NCBI GenBank assembly: GCA_963664435.2
Contig: CAXXKM010000001.1
Location: 1,280,001 to 1,344,000 of the forward strand
DNA length: 64,000 nucleotides
Source of the DNA: Longimicrobiales bacterium
GTDB lineage: Bacteria; Gemmatimonadota; Gemmatimonadetes; Longimicrobiales; Gaopeijiaceae
Reading direction: 5' to 3'
Positions within the stretch are counted from its first letter, which is position 1. The number at the start of each line of letters is the position of its first letter. Of this stretch, positions 1 through 7,179 are shown piece by piece. The notes beneath the pieces are model-generated. The model did not search any database, was not told the origin of the DNA, and saw only the letters and a list, made by a program, of their open reading frames with translations. The position numbers and the translations under genes were made by a program.

Positions 1-194
1 GCACGCGGTGCCGCTCCTGATCCGGTCGCGCCGGGCCCGGCCGACCGGGCGCCGCCTGACCGAAAACGCGTGCCGGCGGGGCGATCTGGGCACCATCGCG
101 GCACGGCACATCATGGCGCTGGCCTTGGCGCACGCGGGCCGGCTGGCGAAGTTCGGCAGCTGAAGTTCGCGTCTTCCGCCGCCCGCAAGCACCC

Positions 195-1466
195 GTGATA
201 TCCATCCCCTGCGAAGAGCACAGCCTCGAGAACGGACTCCGGATCGTCCTTTCTCCCGATCCATCCGTGCCCATCGTCGCCGTGAACCTCTGGTACGACG
301 TGGGTTCCCGGAACGAAGGTCCCGGACAGACCGGCCTGGCCCATCTCTTCGAGCACATGATGTTCCAGGGATCCCGCCATGTGGCCGGCAACCAGCACTT
401 CGAGCTGCTGGAGGGCGTCGGCGGTTCGGCCAACGCGTCCACGTGGTTCGATCGCACCAACTACTACGAGACCCTCCCCTCGCATCATCTGGAGCTGGCG
501 CTCTGGCTCGAGGCGGATCGCATGGGATGGATGCTGCCCGCGCTCACCGCCGAGAAGCTCGAGAACCAGCGGGATGTGGTGAAGAACGAACGCCGGCAGC
601 GCTACGACAACCAGCCCTACGGGGACTGGGATGAGCGCATGCTTGCGATGGTCTACCCGCCGGGGCACCCCTATCGCCATCCGGTCATCGGGTCACTGGA
701 GGACATCGACGGGTTCACGCTCGACGACCTCGAGTCGTTCTTTCGCGCCTACTACGCGCCTGACAACGCCGTGCTCACGCTTTGCGGCGGCTTCGATCCC
801 ACCCGCGCGCTCGAGTGGACTGAACGCTACTTCGGCGGGATCCCGCCGGGACCCGGGGCTCGGAGGATCGCCGGAGATGCGGACGCGGAGCGCGAGAACC
901 ACACCGTTTCCAGCCAGACAGTCGAGGCCGATGTGCCGCTCACGCGGGTCTACGCGGCGATGCGCGTGCCCACCTTCGACGATCCCGCCTACTACGCCGC
1001 CGACGTCGCGGGCGACATTCTGGGAAGGGGACGGGCATCGCGACTCCATCGCTCGCTGGTGCGTGAGCGACGGGTCGCCAAGGATGTCGCGGCGCACGTT
1101 TTTCCGCTGATGACCGGGGCCGCGATGATGCTGGTTCGGGCGACGGGCAACATGGGGGTCGACCCGCGGGAGCTGGAGGCAGCCCTGGTCGAGGAGATCG
1201 ACGGGCTGAGGGCGGTCGCCGGGGAGGAAGTCGCCCGGGCCGTGGCCATGGCCGAGACGGCCATTCTCGGGCAACTCGAAGTCGTGGCCCAGCGGGCCGA
1301 TCTGCTCTCGATGTTCGCGACGCATTTCGGAGATCCGCAGCGGATCTCCACGGAAATCAATCGCCTGCGCGCGGTCACGCCGGAGGCGGTGGCGACCCTG
1401 GCCGGAGAACGCCTGGGGCCGGAGAACCGGGCGATTCTGACGTACGTGCCCCGGACATCCGCTTGA
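195..1466 (+). CDS. M16B zinc peptidase, catalytic subunit
   Basis: Inverted zincin motif HLFEH followed by MMFQGS and NASTWFDRTNYY; GTG start. Confidence 0.9.
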   Translation: MISIPCEEHSLENGLRIVLSPDPSVPIVAVNLWYDVGSRNEGPGQTGLAHLFEHMMFQGSRHVAGNQHFELLEGVGGSANASTWFDRTNYYETLPSHHLELALWLEADRMGWMLPALTAEKLENQRDVVKNERRQRYDNQPYGDWDERMLAMVYPPGHPYRHPVIGSLEDIDGFTLDDLESFFRAYYAPDNAVLTLCGGFDPTRALEWTERYFGGIPPGPGARRIAGDADAERENHTVSSQTVEADVPLTRVYAAMRVPTFDDPAYYAADVAGDILGRGRASRLHRSLVRERRVAKDVAAHVFPLMTGAAMMLVRATGNMGVDPRELEAALVEEIDGLRAVAGEEVARAVAMAETAILGQLEVVAQRADLLSMFATHFGDPQRISTEINRLRAVTPEAVATLAGERLGPENRAILTYVPRTSA

Positions 1467-2818
1467 GCCCCGCAGGCTTCCCCCGCACACCGCCGGGACC
1501 GGGACCGGTTGCGCCCTTCACGATTCCGACGGTGCATGCCGCGAGACTCGATTCCGGGCTGGAGCTGCGAGTCGCGCGCCGGGATGGGGTTCCGCTGGTG
1601 ACCGCCCTCCTGGTCATGGATGCAGGCGAGGCGACCCTGGCGGGCGAGCAGGCCGGGCTGGCGGTGCTGACGGGCAAGGCGCTGCACGGCGGCACCGCGC
1701 GCCGGTCGGCGGTGGAGTTGGCGTGCGCCCTCGAGGACATGGGTACGCACCTGGCGACGTCGGTCGGCTGGGATTCCACGGTGGTCTCCCTGACCTGCGC
1801 CGCCGACCGGTTTCCGCGCGCCCTCCGGTTGCTGTCGGAAGTCGTCCTGACTCCGGGGTTTCCGGATGAAGAGGTGGAGCGCACCCGCGAGCAGCAGCTG
1901 GGAGGGATCCGGCAACGCAGGATGTATCCCGCGCAGCTCGCCACCGCGGCCGCGGCACACTTCTTCTTCGGGAAGGGGGCCACCTACGGGCGGCCGATGG
2001 CGGGCACGGAAGGGACGGTCGCGGGCCTGGAGCGCACGCATGTGGCCGGCTTCGCAGCCGGCCGCTTCCGGCCGCGGGGAGCTGCGCTGGTCGTCGCGGG
2101 CGATGTCTCGGGGGCGGCGGTGACGGACCTCTCGGCCGAGTGTTTCGGCGGCTGGCGGGGGCAGGCCGCTCCCGTCGAAGCGACGGCCGGGCCCCGCTTC
2201 GGCGAGCGTCGCTTCGTGATCGTCCATCGCCCGGGCGCGGTTCAGTCGGAGCTGCGCATCGGCCATGCCAGCGTGGCGCGCACGACGCCCGACTACTTCC
2301 CGCTGATCGTGCTCAACGCCGTGCTCGGGGGCGCGTTCACCAGTCGCCTCAACCTGAACCTCAGGGAAGACAAGGGCTTCACCTACGGAGTGAGCTCGCA
2401 CTTCCTCCTCCGGCGCGCGGGCGGGATGTTCCGCATCGCCACGGCAGTGGCGACCGAAGACACCGCGGCGGCCGTCCGGGAGGTGCTTGCGGAGACGGAG
2501 ACGCTGGTTGCCGACGGACCCACGCCGGCCGAAGTGCGCGGCGCGCGCGACTACCTGGCGGGGATCTTCCCGCTGCGCCTGGAGACCACCGCCCAGGTCG
2601 CGTCGGGCATCGCGCGGATGTTCGTGCACGGCCTCGCCCCTGATTACCACGCGCGCTACCGCGACCGGGTGCGGGCGGTGCAGGTCGACGACGCGGCGGG
2701 CGCGGCCCGTCGCCGGATCCGCCCGGACGCCCTCACGGTGGTGGTAGCGGGCGACGCCGACCAGGTGGCGCCGGAGCTCGAATCCCTCGGCCCGGTCGAA
2801 GTCCACCACGACTTCTGA
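1463..2818 (+). CDS. M16B peptidase partner subunit lacking the Zn motif
   Basis: M16-like sequence with no HxxEH (GLAVLTGKALHGG at the equivalent position); retains SRLNLNLREDKGFTY; TTGA overlap with upstream gene. Confidence 0.85.
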   Translation: MSPAGFPRTPPGPGPVAPFTIPTVHAARLDSGLELRVARRDGVPLVTALLVMDAGEATLAGEQAGLAVLTGKALHGGTARRSAVELACALEDMGTHLATSVGWDSTVVSLTCAADRFPRALRLLSEVVLTPGFPDEEVERTREQQLGGIRQRRMYPAQLATAAAAHFFFGKGATYGRPMAGTEGTVAGLERTHVAGFAAGRFRPRGAALVVAGDVSGAAVTDLSAECFGGWRGQAAPVEATAGPRFGERRFVIVHRPGAVQSELRIGHASVARTTPDYFPLIVLNAVLGGAFTSRLNLNLREDKGFTYGVSSHFLLRRAGGMFRIATAVATEDTAAAVREVLAETETLVADGPTPAEVRGARDYLAGIFPLRLETTAQVASGIARMFVHGLAPDYHARYRDRVRAVQVDDAAGAARRRIRPDALTVVVAGDADQVAPELESLGPVEVHHDF

Positions 2819-3121
2819 CCCGCCTGTGCGCGTCCGCCGCTGCGCGGACGACGCCCATCCATGAAAGGCAGCCGCCGGCAGGGGGCACGACCGGAGCGCG
2901 CGCGCCGGGAGGCTCCTCCGGGCAAACCCGCGGTGCGTCGCGACCTCCTCCGGGCAACCCCTCGCCGCCCGGCCGCGCCTAACGTCCGGAAAGCAGCCGC
3001 TCTCGTATGACCGCTGGCGTCATGCGGGTCGCCCTGCCCGCGTCTTCGGGACGCAGCATCAACGGGAGAAACCGCGTTGCCCGAAAGGGAGTTGCCACCA
3101 TACCTGTCCGCCGGTCGAGCC

Positions 3122-3814
3122 GTGTACCCGGGGGGCGACACCGTTCGATACCCGGGACCGGACGCGATCCCGGGACCGGATGGGACGGGCCGCCTGTCGA
3201 GCCGGGTGGTTCACGATGGCCGGGTGGTTCACCTTTCCGTCGACCGGGTGCGCTTTCCGGACGGATCCGAGGGCGACCTGGAACTGATCCGGCACCCCGG
3301 GGCCGCCGCGGTGGTGCCCTTCGTGGATCCGCCGGAGTCGCCCGACCCCGCGATTCTGCTGCTCCGGCAGTACCGCTACGCCTCTGGCGGCTACCTGTAC
3401 GAAGTGCCGGCGGGATTGCCCGAGGGGACGAACGAGGCCTGGGCGGAGTGCGCGCGGCGGGAGCTGGCGGAGGAGACCGGATTCACCGCGGCCCGGATCG
3501 ACTATCTGACCCGAATCTTCACGACACCCGGCTTCACCAACGAGGTGATTCACCTGTTCGCCGCGACCGGCCTCTCCGCTGGAGACGCCGTCCGCGACGC
3601 GGACGAGTTCATCACCGTGCAGGTGGTGCCGTTCTCCAGCGCCCTGGAGATGGTGCGCACAGGTCGGATCGTGGACTGCAAGACCGTCGCGGCCCTCCTG
3701 TACACCGCTGCCTTCCGGAGGACCCCGTCCGGAGACCGTGCCGTCCACCGCGGGAACGACGGCCGTCCTCCCCCGGGGACGCACCTGGGGCGCGAGGCCG
3801 GGGAGAGCGCGTGA
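3122..3814 (+). CDS. Nudix hydrolase, ADP-ribose pyrophosphatase-like
   Basis: Nudix box GLPEGTNEAWAECARRELAEETGF, plus RQYRY, TTPGF and DADEFI; start uncertain (TTG 3077 or GTG 3122). Confidence 0.85.
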   Translation: MYPGGDTVRYPGPDAIPGPDGTGRLSSRVVHDGRVVHLSVDRVRFPDGSEGDLELIRHPGAAAVVPFVDPPESPDPAILLLRQYRYASGGYLYEVPAGLPEGTNEAWAECARRELAEETGFTAARIDYLTRIFTTPGFTNEVIHLFAATGLSAGDAVRDADEFITVQVVPFSSALEMVRTGRIVDCKTVAALLYTAAFRRTPSGDRAVHRGNDGRPPPGTHLGREAGESA

Positions 3815-3890
3815 ATCGTCTGGTACGAAACCTGCACACAACAATGCCCTGTTCGAGGGCACAAAGAGCCAAGTCTGGCAGTGGAGCGAA

Positions 3891-4532
3891 ATGAATACCG
3901 AAAAGAGCCTGGCAAGGAAGCCGGCGAGGCCGGCGCACGAAACCCGGGACGCCCTCAGGAAGCTGGACGACAGCGCCGTCGTGAAGCGGTTCCTCGAGGG
4001 CGAGCAGAGAGCCTTCGGGATTCTGGTGGACCGCTACGACAATCGCCTGGTCAACTTCGTCTACCGGACCATCGGCGACCGGGAGCGGGCGCAGGACCTG
4101 GTGCAGGAGACCTTCATCCGGGTCTACCGCCACCTCCACCGCTTCGACCCCACCAAGAAGTTCTCCACCTGGATCTACACCATCGCCAGCAACCTGGCGA
4201 AGAACGAGCTGCGCAACCGCTCGCGAAACCCCCTCGTCTTCTTCCAGACCATCAAGAAGAACTGGGAGGCGGATCATCGGCCGCTGGAGTGGGAGGACCA
4301 CACCTACAGGCCCGACGACCTGTACCGCAAGAGACACCTCCGCGCGGTCGTCGAAAGGGCGGTCAGCGAACTGCCGGAGCATCACCGGGTGGTCTTCGTG
4401 CTGCGGGAACTCCAGGGGAAGACGTACGAGGAGATCTCCGAGATCACCGCGGTCAACCTGGGTACGGTGAAGAGCCGACTGAACCGGGCGCGCAACAACT
4501 TCGCCCGCATCGTCGCACCCATGCTGGACTGA
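3891..4532 (+). CDS. ECF RNA polymerase sigma-70 factor
   Basis: Region 2 AQDLVQETFIRVY...FSTWIYTIASN; region 4 YEEISEITAVNLGTVKSRLNRAR; ATG 3891 after GGAG. Confidence 0.93.
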   Translation: MNTEKSLARKPARPAHETRDALRKLDDSAVVKRFLEGEQRAFGILVDRYDNRLVNFVYRTIGDRERAQDLVQETFIRVYRHLHRFDPTKKFSTWIYTIASNLAKNELRNRSRNPLVFFQTIKKNWEADHRPLEWEDHTYRPDDLYRKRHLRAVVERAVSELPEHHRVVFVLRELQGKTYEEISEITAVNLGTVKSRLNRARNNFARIVAPMLD

Positions 4533-4657
4533 GTCCGCGTCGGACGCACCATCCAGCTCGCGCTCCCGAACATCACCTTCCGCGCGTCCCCCCGCATGTG
4601 CGGGCGGCGCGCCCGCGGCCCCGCCGCCGGCTACCGGGTTCTGGCCCGGCCAGGGGT

Positions 4658-4685
4658 GGGAACCTCGTCCTGCCCCCTCCGGTAG
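4658..4685 (+). promoter_or_regulatory. Putative ECF-type promoter 1 (GGGAACC-N17-GTAG)
   Basis: The motif occurs twice with identical spacing in the sigma/anti-sigma intergenic region. Confidence 0.5.
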
Positions 4686-4719
4686 CAGACCTTCCACCGT
4701 CTGGTCCCGGAGCCTCCTT

Positions 4720-4762
4720 CCCGCGAATTCGCGGGGGAACCCGAGCGTTGCACTTCAAGTAG
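4720..4762 (+). promoter_or_regulatory. Putative ECF-type promoter 2 with adjacent 16-bp palindrome
   Basis: Perfect palindrome CCCGCGAATTCGCGGG (4720-4735) abuts GGGAACC-N17-GTAG (4735-4762). Confidence 0.5.
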
Positions 4763-4876
4763 AGAACTCGGCAGGCACCGACGGACCCGGGGGATCGGAT
4801 TCGGACCGCCGGACGAGGGTTGAGCGAGCAGGCTCGCAGGGAAAGAGTCGCCAGGACCACGAGTACACGGACGCAC

Positions 4877-5377
4877 ATGGAATGCAACGGCTTTCTGCAG
4901 CGCTTCTCCGAATTCCATGACGGAGAAGCGGCCGATGCGGACGTTTTCGAGCAGCACCTGACGGAGTGCCCGGGCTGCCGGCGCTACACGGACACCGTAT
5001 CGCGCAGCCTGGCTCTGCTGCGCGCCATCCCCGGCGTGACCGTTGGCGAGGACTTCCATCCCCGACTTCAGCATCGCATCTACCACATCCAGGAGGATCT
5101 TGCGCGCCGCCGCCGCGGCGCCCCGTTCACCCGCCTGGGTGTGGCGTTCGCCGCCACGATTCTGCTGGCGCTGGCCATATGGGGACCGGAACTCGTCCAG
5201 GAGACTCCCCAGGTCGCGTTTCCCCCCATCGTCGTCTCCGAGCCTCCCTCGCTGCGCACGGCCGCTCCATCCGCCACGGTACGCTATCGCTCCATCCGCC
5301 TCCTGGACTCCAGCCTGGACGGCAACGACCTGTGGAGCCGCGCGCTGTACGAATACTCGCCCCTCTCCCAGCGCTGA
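4877..5377 (+). CDS. Zinc-binding (ZAS / zf-HC2) anti-sigma factor with one TM helix
   Basis: MEC...FEQHLTECPGC (C...HxxxCxxC); hydrophobic LGVAFAATILLALAIWG; lies downstream of the ECF sigma. Confidence 0.85.
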   Translation: MECNGFLQRFSEFHDGEAADADVFEQHLTECPGCRRYTDTVSRSLALLRAIPGVTVGEDFHPRLQHRIYHIQEDLARRRRGAPFTRLGVAFAATILLALAIWGPELVQETPQVAFPPIVVSEPPSLRTAAPSATVRYRSIRLLDSSLDGNDLWSRALYEYSPLSQR

Positions 5378-5402
5378 CCGGGAATCCAAGTCCCGGCAGG
5401 CA

Positions 5403-6461
5403 ATGATCCCCGCCACCTATCGGCGCGCGCTTGGCGGGCATGGAGGCGGGGTCTTCTACCTCCATGGCGAAGACGACTTCCGCAAGCGCGAGGCCGCGCG
5501 GGAGATCGCCGAGGCCCATCTCGACCCGGCGACGCGCGATTTCAACTTCGACGTCATGTCCGGCCCGGAGCTCGACGTGCGCGATCTCGCCTCGGTGCTG
5601 GCCACCCCCCCCATGATGGCCGAGTGGCGGGTGGTGCTGGTCCATGGCGCGGAGGCGCTGGCTCCGCTTCCCGCGGCGCGCAAGCTTGTGCTCGGCATCG
5701 CGGCGTCGCCCCCGGAGGGGCTGGCCCTGATTCTGACCGCCACGCGGCCGGCGCGCTCCAGGGCGCGTTTCTATCGGGACATTGTGCGCGCGGCCCGCTC
5801 GCTCGAGTTCCGTCCGGTGCGGGCAAACGACCTGCCCGGCTTCCTGATCTCGTGGTGCCGCGACCGGCATGGCGCGGAGATGAACGAAGACGCCGCGCGA
5901 GCACTTGCGGCGGCCGTCGGATCCGACATCGGAGTACTGGCGCAGGAGATCGCCAAGCTGATCTCCATGGCCCCCGAAGGCCGCCCGATTACGGTGGAGA
6001 CGGTGGAGGCCGGAGGGATCCGGGTTTCCCGCCTCGACCCCTGGCGCTGGTTCGACATGGTGGGAGGACAAGACTTCGCGGCGGCCACCGCCGCCCTGGG
6101 CGAACTCTTCATGCGCGGCGAATCAGGCGTGTTCCTGGTCATGGGCCTCACCACCCACTTCCTCCGCATCGGGCTGGCGCTCGACCGCGGGCTGTCCGGG
6201 CTGGAGGCCGCGCTTCCACCCCATCAGCGCTGGCTCGCCCGCCGCATCCAGGGACAGAGCCGGGGCTGGAACCGCGAGAGCCTGGACGCGGCGCTGCTCG
6301 GCCTGCGCCGGGTAGACCGGCTGATGAAGGCAAGTGCCCTGCCCCACCATCATCTACTGGAGGAATGGCTGCTCGCGCAGCGTGCCTCCGCGGGAGAGGG
6401 AGGTCGAGCGGGGCCTCTCCGCGCCGGTGCCCGGACGCGGCGCGGAGAGGCGGTCAGGTAG
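5403..6461 (+). CDS. holA: DNA polymerase III subunit delta
   Basis: FYLHGEDDF, DFNFD, TPPMMAEWRVVLV, LAQEIAKL and DRLMK motifs. Confidence 0.85.
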   Translation: MIPATYRRALGGHGGGVFYLHGEDDFRKREAAREIAEAHLDPATRDFNFDVMSGPELDVRDLASVLATPPMMAEWRVVLVHGAEALAPLPAARKLVLGIAASPPEGLALILTATRPARSRARFYRDIVRAARSLEFRPVRANDLPGFLISWCRDRHGAEMNEDAARALAAAVGSDIGVLAQEIAKLISMAPEGRPITVETVEAGGIRVSRLDPWRWFDMVGGQDFAAATAALGELFMRGESGVFLVMGLTTHFLRIGLALDRGLSGLEAALPPHQRWLARRIQGQSRGWNRESLDAALLGLRRVDRLMKASALPHHHLLEEWLLAQRASAGEGGRAGPLRAGARTRRGEAVR

Positions 6462-6469
6462 GGGCGCGA

Positions 6470-6910
6470 CTATCCGCGCACGCCGAGGCTCCAGATGAAC
6501 GCCGCGAGCGAACTGATCTCCTCGTCGGAAAGACCCAGGCCGCCGCGCGGGAGCATCAGGCCGGGATACTCCTTCGGCTCGAGAACTCCGGTCTCGATGA
6601 CCTGGATGATGCCGGCGTAGCTGCCGTCCGAGTTGAGCCACACGTCGTCGGCCAGGTTTGGCGCCAGCTGTCCCCCCTTGCCGTTGGCCCCGTGGCACGC
6701 GGAGCAGGTGGCCCGGGCGTTGAAGAGGATCCGCCCCTCCGAAATGGACTCCAGGGTGACGCCGTCCGGAGCCGCGCCGTCGTTGAGGGTTGCGCTGAGG
6801 GCATCCGGCATCGGGACATCCGCGTTGGCGTCTCCGGTTTCGCCGCATGCCGCCGAAACAACGATCACCAATAGTGGCAAGACGTGATTCAGCAATGGTT
6901 TATGTATCAT
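6470..6910 (-). CDS. Monoheme c-type cytochrome, probable lipoprotein
   Basis: CSACH heme motif, APNLADDVWL, candidate axial Met in LMLPRGG; signal peptide ending SAAC; GGAG RBS. Confidence 0.85.
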   Translation of the reverse strand: MIHKPLLNHVLPLLVIVVSAACGETGDANADVPMPDALSATLNDGAAPDGVTLESISEGRILFNARATCSACHGANGKGGQLAPNLADDVWLNSDGSYAGIIQVIETGVLEPKEYPGLMLPRGGLGLSDEEISSLAAFIWSLGVRG

Positions 6911-7179
6911 CAAGAACTCCTTTCGGGATTCAGTGTCGACGGGTGTTGGCGACACAACGGCTGATACACCGGGAGCGTGGCCAGGAGCCCGCCCGGGAAC
7001 GCTGCGGTTCACTGTGACCGCTCCCCTTCCGGGACGGTCTGCGACACTACAACTTGGATCATGGCCCCGGGTGGGGTCGGGCGGGACACGCGGACGGAAT
7101 GCTCCGCTTCGGATACGCCATTTTGCCGCGCACATCAGGACGGGTTTTCCGGGATGATCTCCGGCGCCAGCGCCACGCC

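Noticed and set aside
2978..3000. GTCCGGAAAGCAGCC, resembling SRP RNA domain IV
   Set aside because: It lacks the CAGG strand and the GGAA-loop stem (CCGGAAGGAAGCAG), and has no long enclosing helix.
6975..6996. GCCAGGAGCCCGCC, resembling the 3' end of a cobalamin riboswitch
   Set aside because: There is no upstream GGGAA/CCGGTG core or B12 box, and the downstream gene on that strand (mutS) is implausible.
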